Shown here: piece after piece, positions 12,314 through 23,190 of the stretch
Numbering within the stretch: position 1 is the stretch's first letter
How the letters are laid out: every line of letters begins with the position of its first letter
Source: Octopus sinensis
Taxonomy: Eukaryota
Length of the DNA: 64,000 nt
Assembly (NCBI RefSeq): GCF_006345805.1
Contig: NC_043012.1
Span: forward strand, 37,572,001-37,636,000
Reading direction: 5' to 3'
The notes under the pieces: model-generated
The model's database searches: none
Told to the model about the DNA's origin: nothing
The model's input: the letters and a program-made list of their open reading frames with translations, nothing else
Position numbers and translations under genes: made by a program

Positions 12314-13724
12314 ATTATTTACATTATATACATTCGACAGATATTTGTCCTCATCTTGTTTGTTGTTAACAACGTTTCAGTTGATATACCCTCCAGCTTT
12401 CTTCAGGTGTCTTGGGGAAATTTCGAATCTGGGTTCTCATTCCAAAGGTATTCTTCGATGTTATTATTACTTTGTTATTATTACATGTTAAACAACAAAC
12501 AAGACGAGGACAAATATCCATCGAATGTCATCATCATCATCATCGTTTAGCATCCACTTTCCATGCTAGCATGGGTTGGACGGTTCAACTGGGGTCTGGG
12601 AAGCCAGAAGGCTGTACCAGGCCCAGTCTGATCTAGCAATGTTTCTATGGCTGGATGCCCTTCCTAACGCCAACCACTCCGTGAGTGTAGTGAGTGCTTT
12701 TTATGTGCCACCAGCACAGGTGCCAGACGAGGCTGCCAAACGGCCACGATCAGATGGTGCTTTTTACGTGCTGCCGGCACGGGGGCCAGGCGAAGCTAGA
12801 AACGGCCACAATCAGATGGTGCTTTTTACGTGCCACCGGCACGAGGCCAGTCGGGGCGGCGCTGGCAACGGCCACGTTCGGATGGTTCTCTTACGTACCA
12901 CTGGCACTGGTATCACAGCTGCAATTTCCATTAATGTTGATCGATTTCGATTTTCACTTGCCTCAACAGGTCTTCACAAGTAGAGTTTTGTGTCCTAAGA
13001 AGGAAGGGTATGCATAAGTGGACTGGCTACATCCGATGTAGAGGCCATGGGTTATGGTCTCACTTGTCCTAGCGGGTCTTCTCATGTACAGCATACTTCC
13101 AAAGGTCTCGGTCTCTAGTCATTTCCTCGGTGAGACCTAAAGTTCGAAGGTCGTGCTTCACCACCTTGTCCCAGGTTTTCCTGGGTCTGCCTCTTCCACG
13201 GGTTCCCTCAACCGCTAGGGTGTGGCACTTTTTCACACAACTATCTTCATACATTCTCGCCACATGACCATAACAGCACAAACATCTCTCTTGCACACCA
13301 CAACTGATGCTTCTTAGGTCCAACTTTTCTCTCAAGGTACTTACACTCTGTCGAGTATGAACACTGACATAACACATCCAACGGAGCATACTGGCTTCAT
13401 TTCTTGCAAGCTTATGCATATCCTCAGCAGTCACGGCCCATGTTTCACTGCCATGTAGCATGGCTGTTCGTACACACACGTCATACAGTCTGCCTTTTAC
13501 TCTGAGTGAGAGGCCTTTTGTCACCAGCAGGGGTAAGAGCTCTCTGAATTTTGCCCAAGCTATTCTTACTCTAGCAGTTACACTTTCAGCACACCTTCCC
13601 CCGCTACTGACTTGGTCACCTAGGTAACGGAAGCTATCAACTATTTCTAGTTTTTCTCCCTGGAATGTGGCAAAATGTAAATAATATAAATAATGTACGT
13701 AATTCCTCATCTCTTAAATATAGA
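12314..13724. mobile_element. Penelope-like element with inverted 5' copy and 14-bp TSD (RTE nested inside)
   Basis: TSD ACAACACTGAAGAT at 12300-12313 and 13725-13738; inverted arms 12314-12370 versus 12487-12528 + 13679-13695; hammerhead-like core. Confidence 0.6.
12529..13673 (-). mobile_element. 5'-truncated RTE LINE nested in a Penelope-like element
   Basis: ORF 13069-13710 (FRYLGDQ...GRGRPRKTW), 3'UTR, and (CAT)n tail on the plus strand at 12529. Flanked by AATGT at 12524-12528 and 13674-13678 (probable TSD). Confidence 0.95.
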
Positions 13725-14528
13725 ACAACACTGAAGATTTCAACATCATCACAGTTTCTATGAAGCAAAGCAGGTCAGAAGAGCTACATACTGAAGATGG
13801 TCTGTTGTTGTTGTTGTTTCGTCTCCCAGTCACCTCTGACCAAACAGACTGTTGAGATCAAAAACATTCCAGTCATAACCACTCTGTCTTTTCAGAGGTG
13901 TATCTAGGACTACTTTAGTGACAGATGTCATCTGAGGGAGACCCACCTACTATTTCTACCAGTTAAGCAACCATATAGAGTTTTCCCCCCCAATTCATGA
14001 GTTCAATGATATACTGTGTCTACTACAAGATGAAAGGATTTTGGCAAACACAACAAACTGATTGATTGGCTAACTGAACGATTAATCAATCAACTAATTA
14101 TTTAATTGGTCAAACAGCTAACTAACTGAAGAATAATAAAGAAGTGAAATTGAACCTGTGCTTGTGTCTATTATTGGCATAACGACCTTCCCAAGATACA
14201 AAAGCCAGAGGTTTTACAATAACGAGGAGTTTTGAAAGTTTACTGTTATAAACTTAATACAAAACCAAACCAAAAACAGGAAAAACTATTCAAAAATTAA
14301 ACTCACAGCCATATTTCAATATAATAATATGTATGTATGCGTGTGTGCATGTGTGTGTGTGTGTGTTATTTCCTTAACACTTGTAGTTATCAAACAGAAT
14401 AAGTTTCTTTGCTGTCCAATTCTATGTTCTGGTTATTTGTGTTCTGTTTTTAAAAGAGGAAAACTGTAAGGAAACAAAAAATAAAAAACAACAAAAAATC
14501 TGACGTTTGCATTAAAACTATGGCTTAC

Positions 14529-14653
14529 CGTATTTCCCGCTCTTCATGTTGCATAAGCAGGTTGGTATAGTAATTTTCCAAGGTCACTTTGGCCTTGGTG
14601 ACCTTGTCCACTGTGTGACTGCTAATCTGAATTTGTTCTCCCACTGTGGCCAT
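14529..14653 (-). CDS. STK38: NDR-family Ser/Thr kinase (STK38/STK38L/tricornered), canonical first coding exon
   Basis: Translates as MATVGEQIQISSHTVDKVTKAKVTLENYYTNLLMQHEEREI+CG, matching the NDR N-terminal MOB-binding motif (KVTLENFYSNLIAQHEEREMR in human STK38). Acceptor ttttgtttgtgtttctag precedes the exon start at 14668; donor CG|gtaagc at 14528. Confidence 0.93.
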
Positions 14654-15014
14654 TTTGGAGGGATGACTCTAGAAACACAAACAAAATAAGAAAAATAATA
14701 ATAACAAAAATCAAGATAGATTAGGATATCATCATCATTACCAACATTTAACATCCATAATTGTTAAAATCTGGATTAACAAAAGGATGTGAAGTAGTAA
14801 TTTAAATATTGCTAAGTAAGCATTGATCAAGTAATTAGACAATGACGATAATGAGCTAACACTGTCTTGGAACATAACTGGAAATGAAAGCTAAAAGACG
14901 AATAAGTAAATCGCAGGAAATAGAAAATTATAAGGTACTCCTGGATAAACACAACATCATATTTACATACTCACACAAATGTATATATGTATATGTATGT
15001 GCATGTGTATTAGA

Positions 15015-15330
15015 TGGATAGACGGATAGATAAACAGACACGCAGGTAGATAGATAGACAGACAGATACATATAGATAGACAGATAGAGATAGAGAGATA
15101 GACAGATAGATACAGACAGATAGATACATAGACAGATAGATATAAACAGACAGATAGATGGCTGGCTACACAGACAGACAATAGGTAGATAGATGGACAG
15201 ACAGATAGAGAGGCAGTTAGGTAGAGAGACAGATACATAGACAGATAGATAGGTAGACAAAAAAACAGGCAGGCAGACAGACAGATAATTAGACGTATAG
15301 TTGAACAGATATTTAGATATACAGATGAAT
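15015..15330. repeat. (GATA/GACA)n tetranucleotide array
   Basis: Direct inspection. Confidence 0.9.
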
Positions 15331-15588
15331 AGATAGATGAATAGGTGGGGGTGTTTATTTATATGTATGGTTAATCCAAACAAGAATAAATATTTCTGAA
15401 TTGTGCTTTCATTCAATTCATCTTTCAAGTCAACCAGCCCAAGGTCAATTGACTGACACTGTTAATTTCTGTTAATTTTAATTAGCAATATCCTATTTAG
15501 GTTACACATTAATATACATATACCACACTGTACATACTTCAACGCACATGACCAACCTACCAATATATCCAGCCACCTGTCTAACTAC

Positions 15589-15624
<36 letters not shown>

Positions 15625-15640
15625 GATATATATATATATA

Positions 15641-16020
15641 TAGGTGCAGGAGTGGCTATGTGGTAAGTAGCTTGCTTACAAACCACATAGTCAGGGTTCA
15701 GTCCCACTGTGTGACACCTTGGGCAAGTGTCTTCTACTATAGCCTCAGGCTGACCAAAGCCTTTTGAGTGGATTTGGTAGAAGGAAAACTTAAAGAAACT
15801 TGTCATATATGTATATATACACACACACACACACACACGTATGTGTGTTTCCCCCCCCCCCCCACTATCACTTGACAACTGATGCTAGCATGTTTACATC
15901 CCTGTAATTTACCAGTTCAGCAAAAGAGACCGATAAGATAAGTCCAGGGGTGGATTTGTTCGACTAAAGGCAGTGCTCCAGCATGGCCACTGTCAAATGA
16001 CTAAAAAAAATAAAAGAAAA
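15641..16020 (+). mobile_element. SINE family A
   Basis: aggtgcaggagtggctatgtggtaag...aatgactaaa. Confidence 0.85.
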
Positions 16021-16039
16021 AGAAAGAAAATACATATAT

Positions 16040-16290
16040 ATCATCATCATTATCGTTTAATATCTGTTTTCCATGCTGGCATGGGTTGGACGGTTTGACA
16101 TGGGGCTGGCCAGCTGGAGAGCTGTTCAGGTACCAATTGCCTGCTGTGGCATGGTTTCCATGGCTGGATGCCCTTCCTAATGCCAACCACTTTACAGAGT
16201 GTGGATTGGGTGCTTTTTACTTGCCACCGGCACAAGCGCACTTGCTCAGCACTGGCATGAGTGCATTTCACCTGGCACTGGCACCTGTAA
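16040..16290 (-). mobile_element. Degenerate RTE 3'UTR fragment
   Basis: catcatcattatcgtttaatatctgttttccatgctggc... Confidence 0.7.
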
Positions 16291-16723
16291 AGGTGCAAGC
16301 TCGTTCAATATGGCTCATTATTCAGCATGATGGCAGTGGCCTACAATGCATACCTTATGCTAAGATAGGGTGGAAATGTTTATTACTCTCCTCTTGGGTT
16401 TCATATGTGAGAAACATGGGAGATGTACCCAGGTAGAATACTAGATAAGGACACCATTGCAACCACCACCACTACTACTGGTTCCTTTAATTTGGATTTA
16501 AAATGCCTCCTACTGTACATGTATATATATATGGCGCTTTTTTTTTCCTACATCTTCCTTTTCTCTTGGACTTTCCTCTGTCTCCTATTTCTAAAGAAGA
16601 GTTTTGCTCGAAATGTAAACAATCTTTCTTTCCCTGAATCTCTGCTAATACTTTGCATGTACCATGTCCTCACATTGTTTTGTTTTTTTCTAGTGCTTTT
16701 TCTTCGTTTTTGGGGGATTACAC

Positions 16724-16930
16724 ATGAGGAGGTGCTGAAAAGTTCCTGGCTTTAAGGTTATCGTGAAAGGTCTGGTTGGAAGCCAAAGCTTCCAAGTTCA
16801 TTTATACAGCTTAGAAAATCTGAAGGACTGCTGCAATATATGTGTAAGAATCTGAGAGGGAAACATGTTGAATAAAATCAGAATTAACTGATCCTCCTGT
16901 ATCTTCTTTCACCCAAAACCAGGAACTTTT
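16724..16930 (+). mobile_element. Mariner-derived MITE
   Basis: TIR ggtgctgaaaagttcctggcttt / aaaaccaggaactttt. The interior keeps the mariner transposase C-terminus (decayed C-x-K-C-V-N-L-R-G-x-x-V-E stop). Confidence 0.75.
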
Positions 16931-17074
16931 CCACACACACATAATTAGAAGGCATTTCTTTTTCTTCTCTAGATTTTTAAATACTTTCCGTTTGTCACAA
17001 CAGGTTATTTTTTTTTGGGGGGGGGGGTCTAGGTTTTGATGGTCACTCATATGTACTTATTTAAATGTATACTA

Positions 17075-17430
17075 ACACAGGCATGGCTGTGTGGTAAGAA
17101 ACTTGCCTCCCAAACACATGGTTCCAGGTTCAGTCTCACTGCATGGCACCTTGGGCAAGTGTCTTCTACTATAAGCTTTGGATCAACCAAAGCCTTGGGA
17201 GTGGATTTCATAGACTGAAACTTAAAGTAGTCCATCACATGTGTGTGTGTGTGTGTATCTTTGTGCCTATGTTTGTCCACCACCAATGTTGGTGTGTTTA
17301 CATCCTCCATAACCTAGCAGTTCAGCAAAAGAGACCAACAGAATAAGTACTGGGATTGATTCATTCAACAAATAATTCTTCAAGGTGGTGGCCCAGCATG
17401 GCTGCAGATTTATGACTGAATCAAGTAAAA
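17075..17430 (+). mobile_element. SINE family A (older variant)
   Basis: Homologous head and tail. Confidence 0.8.
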
Positions 17431-17484
17431 CATCAAAGATAACATTATATATTTCCTATATATTTCTGAATACACAGGAATCAA

Positions 17485-17900
17485 CATCATCATCATCATT
17501 TAACGTCTGTTTTTCCATGCTGGCATGGGTTGGATGGTTTGACTGGGGTCTATGAAGCCAGGAGGCTGCACCAGACTCCAATCTGATCTGGCAGTGTTTC
17601 TACAGCTGGATGCCTTTCCTAATGCCAACCACTCCGAGAGTGTAGTGGGTGCTCTTTACATGCCACCGGCACAGGGGCCAGAGGATCTGGCCTTGACCAT
17701 GATCAGATGGTGCTTTTTACGTACTACTGGCACAGGGCTCACAACTACAATTTCCATTTGATTTGATTTTGATATTGTTGTTAATGTTGATGTACTTGAC
17801 TCAATAGGTCTCCTCAAGCATGGCATGTCACCCTACGATCCCAAGGTACTTTTGAGTGGGCTGGTTATAACACACTAGTGTAGGTTACAGCTGTGGACTC
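17485..17900 (-). mobile_element. RTE 3'UTR fragment
   Basis: Same tail and ctggatgcc-ttcctaatgccaaccactcc core. Confidence 0.8.
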
Positions 17901-17904
17901 ACCT

Positions 17905-18470
17905 TATTTGCCAGGTCTTCTCAGCACATAATGTCTGAATACCATCCACCTTTGGAATTTGAGATGCTCAAAAGTCCTCAACCACGCCATGATACCCAGT
18001 ATTCTCACCCTGCTCCAGCAGCATCATCTGCACTGGCTCAGTCACGTACATCAAATGCTGGACAGGAGGATCCCAAAAGATCCCTGTATGGGGAATTGGC
18101 CACTGGCACAAGAGCACAAGGATGACCTCCTCTTTTGTTTTAAGGACGTCTATAAGAGAAATATAAAGTCACTTGACCTGGATGTTCAGTGAGGGGAGGA
18201 GGTCACAAATGATTGCCCACACTGGAGACAAATACTGTGAAAGGGGATGAAGTAAGGGAAAAACAGGAACTTGCCATCAAAGAAAAGTGCACTCGGTGGA
18301 AGGAAAAGCCAGTAGTGCCAGCAGAGAGCTCCTTTAAATGCAGTTGCTGTATGCATGGCTGCCACTCTCATCTGGACTTCTAAAGCCAAAACAGACACTG
18401 CACCACCATCAGCAGCTGACATGATTTCTTTGGGTACATATCCATGGCCTCTCAAGACCAACAGATGCTT
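17905..18470 (+). mobile_element. Old decayed RTE (BovB-like) ORF2 C-terminus
   Basis: LLQQHHLHWLSHVHQMLDRRIPKD / LYGELATGTR / FKDVYKRNIK and a decayed CHSHxGLL zinc-finger-like end, spread across shifted frames. Confidence 0.65.
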
Positions 18471-19153
18471 ACTACTATATAAACATATTATTGAAATCTG
18501 CATATTTCTGGGATCCGATTCTCTCCCACAAACTGTATACATCACTACTTATGTATTTTCATCACTTTCATGATGACCTTTCCTGTGTATTTAAATGTTT
18601 TCCCAAATAAACATACACTCCGTTTTTAAAGGCTCTGTGGAAGCTACAAGGTGATGCACAAACACACAGCTCTGAATACAATGTGCCTTACAGCAGAAAC
18701 AGCTGTAAGTAAATGAAGTTATGTACTTTTGGTTCTTTTGTCATTCCAGTAATTCATATTAAGTGCTTTATTCTCCTAACACTTTATTAATTTATTCTGA
18801 AGCATGTGTATATCAAGTTCTAACATCAGTTTATGAGTATTGCTAATCCAAAGCAAAATCAGAAAATAAATGGAGAGAGAGTATAAACAAGTTTGTATTA
18901 AACACCTTTATTTATTTGAACCACAAATGAACGTCATTGTCATCATGTAATGTCTACCTTTCCATGCTTGCATAGGGGAAACAGAATTTGTTGGAGCTTG
19001 AACACTACTAAGAAAAAATTAAGTAAATTGCAAAGAAATACAAACACACACACACACCTTATTACCCTGCACCAGCAAGCTCTCAATGGAGATACCGGCA
19101 TACCATATTGGTTAGCTCTGGCAGAAACAAACCTGATCAGTGTATACGACACG

Positions 19154-19482
19154 ATCTAGCACCCTCACTCATCTCAAAACAATATCTGTGTACCGTGATT
19201 TCTGGGTTATTTCTCTTCATCAGCTCAGAATAATTGTTCAGCTAGAGGTGCCAAATTTCCGTTCAAAATATATAGTTTTCAAATATCTCAAGTTGTGAGA
19301 TTTAAAAATAGTAATTTTCTAATTTATAAATCAGTAATTAGTTGTCACTGAAAACTATATATTTCGAATGGGAATTTGGCAGCGCTACCTCTTGCCAAAC
19401 AATTATTCTGTGCTGATGAAGAGAAATAACCCAGAAATTGTGATACACAGATATTGTTTTGAGCTGAATGGAGGTGCTAGAT
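19154..19482. mobile_element. Foldback/MITE with about 130-bp TIRs, superfamily unclassified
   Basis: 19154-19281 versus 19349-19482 inverted and imperfect. Confidence 0.7.
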
Positions 19483-19799
19483 TCGCTTGTTCAAAAGTAT
19501 AAGGACACAGATCATGTCGTGTAGCCAGCTAGATACGATGTCTCCTGGGAATAAACTACAGTAACATTAGTCTTAAACCAGGACTGCCAATGTATGTTGG
19601 CAAACAATCTTTACTATATCTTCCCGTTGACATAGAGACCTTCTGAATGTCCTTTCTCGGCAATAGAAAATGTGCTCAACACAAAGCTTGGACTTGACCC
19701 TACATGTCAGTCTCTTCAATAGCACCGGCCTATCAGTTCTCTTAAATGCAAGTGAGAGACATGAACTGCTACAACGAGGGAAGAAAACTGATTGGCTAT

Positions 19800-19975
19800 G
19801 AGTCAGAGGGTCGTGGAAAGACCCACATTTAGGAATATCACAACAAAAGCATATCTCAAATGGGGTAATTCAAGAATAGTGTGGAGTGAATGACGTTGTT
19901 ACAGAATATCAAAAGCACGAGTTCCAATGGACCAAACATGTCACAAGGTTCACAGACAACAGATGGACCATACTA
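19800..19975 (+). mobile_element. Decayed RTE-like ORF2 C-terminal remnant
   Basis: DVVTEYQKHEFQWTKHVTRFTDNRWT resembles the W-x-GHVAR-x2-DNRWT motif. Confidence 0.5.
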
Positions 19976-20678
19976 CACACACGCATGTGTGTATGTGCAC
20001 ACAAGTATGTATATACAGTCGTGTATGTGTGTATATGTGTACTGAATAGAAACAAAGTGCCACTCCGACAAATTACTACATTTTCTGTAATTAACTACAT
20101 TTTCTAAGTGAGAAAGAATACAATTAGTCTGGAAACTAATTTCTGTGGGACATCATGTGTAACAAGAGTCAGGCAGCTGCAACAACAACAACAACAATAA
20201 TAAACAAACAATACCTACAACAACAGCAACAATAAAAAGAAATAGAAACACCAACGGCAGGAAGAAGGCAAACAACAACAGCAGCAGCAGTACGAAGACC
20301 ACCACTACCAGTACCGCAAAAGAAGAGACCAACACACACACTGGTATCATCATCTTACATCCCCATTCCATGCTGGCATGGGCTGGAAGGTTCAACAGAA
20401 TCTAACGTCTCAGTTGTAGCATGGGTTCTACAGCAGGATGCCTTTACTAAGGCCAACCAATTTCTGCAGACTGGCCTGTATATACAGAGTGTCGTAATGG
20501 ACCACTGAAATCTACAAGTTTTTTTCATTCTCTCTCGGTTTATTTTCTCTTATTCCTTTCTGCTGAAGAGCATAGGCTCAAAACATAAAAGACTTTTTCA
20601 TTTTTCCCAAGCATCAAACTAATTACACTTGCTCATTGTTCATACACCTGTCTTCATCTTTTGTTTTCTTATAAATTT

Positions 20679-20713
<35 letters not shown>

Positions 20714-20716
<3 letters not shown>

Positions 20717-21621
20717 ATTGAAGGCTTCGAATGTCCCGTCAGTGTTTTTTGTATCGTCTTCTAAATGTTTTACGTTCTCGTCCCAGTTTGTATTTTTCTA
20801 CATATGATATATATAGCGGCGTCCGTACCCTCGTTGGCCTTATGTAAGTACATATTCCTGTAAATTTGGTACGACTCTACACACTGTCTCTCTCTCCTAC
20901 ATTTCTCTGCCTTTCACACTTTGCACTCTACTCTGATCTGTCCCCTTCTCCCTCTCTCTACTTCTCCTCCTTTTCTCTTTTCTTGCCTCTGATTCTTTGG
21001 TCTACTCTTCCCCCACTCTCTCACATTTCTCTGTCTTTCTCACTTTGCACTCACAAGCACTCTTTCTTCTCCCCTCTTTAATTCCTTCTTTCTCTCTCTT
21101 CTCCCCCCTTTGTTGCCTTCGTCTCTCTTTTTCTCTCTCTCTTTGTTTCCTTTGCCCTTTTCCTTTTCTCTCTCTTCTCTCACGTGACCGGTGGTCAAAT
21201 CAGCCTTTTTGGCCTCCAACTACTGCCGTGAGAACATCGTTGTCTTCATCTGCCGATAAAGGCATTTTTTCCAAATACGCCAGCTAAACTTGTTGTACTG
21301 TTTATTAGTCGTCAGACACCCGCTGTTTTTGTCCTGTTTTTACCATTATTGTTTTTTGTATTTATATTCGTGTGGCATCGTCCGTTTTTCTGTCCCTGTT
21401 TCGTATACATTCGATCCTTCTTCCAAGAAATCTAATGCTCGTAGCTTAGTTTTTCCTTGGGGCTGGCCAGATCGGAGCGATCTCAAGATTAATCAGCTGA
21501 AATTGCTAGGATGATCTGGTTCTTGACTGAAGATTGAAGGCTTCGAATGTCCCGTCCGTGTTTTTTGTATCGTTTTCTAAATGTTTTACGTTCTTGTCCC
21601 AGTTTGTATTTTTCTACATAT
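20714..21621 (+). mobile_element. Element with 92-bp terminal direct repeats (Penelope pLTR/retrozyme-like)
   Basis: 20714-20805 versus 21530-21621 with 3 mismatches; pyrimidine-rich interior; decayed hammerhead-like motif. Confidence 0.5.
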
Positions 21622-21680
21622 AATATAGATATATATATACATGCACACATACAATGGCTTCTTTAAGTATATATAATGTA

Positions 21681-21721
<41 letters not shown>

Positions 21722-22104
21722 GTACACGACAAACTTCTTTTAGTTTGTCTACCAAATCCACTCAGAAATATTTAATGGGCCCAAGGCTATAAAAGAAGAC
21801 ATCTGTCTGAGGTGCTATGCAATGGGAGTGAACCCAGGATCATGTGGTTGGAAAGCAAGCTTCATACTACACAGCAACACCTGCATACACACACACCACT
21901 TCATAGAATCTTCTTTCACTTCAAGTCACTAACAACAGGTTTATCGTTAACACTGGTTTTATGCCTCTGCGTGTATGTCCATGTATGCACGTATGTGCTT
22001 GTGTGTGTACATGTTTGTGTGTGTGTGGTGGTAACTCACTAAAAGTGCTGCTAGTGACAGAAGAATTGACAAGTTATTATAAATAAAAATTGCAATTAAA
22101 ATAG

Positions 22105-22330
22105 TGACATATTGTCATAGCAACAGTGATGGTTATGGTTGTAGTGGTGTAGATGGTAGTAGTGGTGGTCAGTGTAGTGGTGAAGATGGTAGTGGTAGTG
22201 CTGATAGTGTTGTGATGTCAGTGGTAGTGGTTGTGAAGGTTGTGGTGATGGCAGTAGCTTGGTGGTGATGATAGTGGTGGTGGTTGTATCAATGGTAGTA
22301 GCTGCAGTGATGGCCATGGTAGAGTTGTAT
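22105..22330. repeat. (GTG/GTA/GAT)n trinucleotide array
   Basis: Direct inspection. Confidence 0.85.
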
Positions 22331-22439
22331 ACAGAGTACAAACCAGTTTATAGTGACTGGAAAAAGATTATTAAACTCACTGACAACAGACTTACAGCTA
22401 CAATTAATTTTGTGTGTGTGTTTCAAAAGACTAATAATA

Positions 22440-22828
22440 TATAAGCATGTCTGTGTGCTTAAGAAGCTCGCTATGCAACAACATGGGTTTGGGTTCAGTC
22501 CCACTGCACAGCACCTTGGGTAAATTTCTCCTATGGCCCCAGGATGTTTAATACTTTATGAGCAAATCTGGTAGATTGAAATTGTGTGGAAGCCTGTCAT
22601 GTCATATTTATATACATAAATGTGTGTGTGTGTGTGTGTGTCTGTCCCTTGCCACTGCTTGAGAACCAATGCTGGTTTGTTTACATCCCTATAACTTAGT
22701 GGTTGACCAAAAGTCTGACTGAGTAAGCACCAGATCTAAAAATAAGTACCGGGGCCGATTTCTTTGACTAAAACCTTCAAAACAGTACCCCAGCTTGGCC
22801 GTAAACCCAATGACTGAATCAAGTAAAC
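22440..22828 (+). mobile_element. SINE family A (degenerate)
   Basis: gggttcagtcccactgcacagcaccttggg...aatgactgaatcaagtaaa. Confidence 0.7.
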
Positions 22829-22859
22829 GGTAAATGATAAGGCTGAAGAAAGGGCCAGA

Positions 22860-23190
22860 CAGGGTAGTTGTATGGCGTCTCAAAGAACACATTCCTGATG
22901 GAACCATGTTGGTAAACCTGGTGTATCTGCAGGGTTAACTGAAAAGCAACAGGGTTACAGTGTCATCCTCTTTGAATCCCTGCACTCCCTACTCCTCTTA
23001 AGGGTGCTGCACAATTCCAGTCTTTGTACTGTTAAATGGAGGGCAGATAAATGGCCCCTTAAATGGCAGATTTGGTTTGGTTTATGACTGAAATTGAACT
23101 CAGCACTACAGTTCAGTGAGGAATTTAACAGGAAGGTAGCAGTGTATGAGGGTTCAGTCTTAAGCCAATTCCTATTCACCAGAGCCCTTC
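22860..23190 (+). mobile_element. Decayed RTE RT remnant
   Basis: EEFNRKVAVYEGSVLSQFLF resembles EEFRVEVGVHQGSVLSPLLF of the intact copies. Confidence 0.45.

Noticed and set aside
12692-12910. Repeat-spacer pattern resembling a CRISPR array
   Set aside because: The spacers are homologous to each other, the array is part of a LINE 3'UTR repeated many times, the context is eukaryotic, and there are no cas genes.
14928-15428. 166-aa LSIY/LSVC-rich ORF
   Set aside because: It is the translation of the (GATA/GACA)n array.
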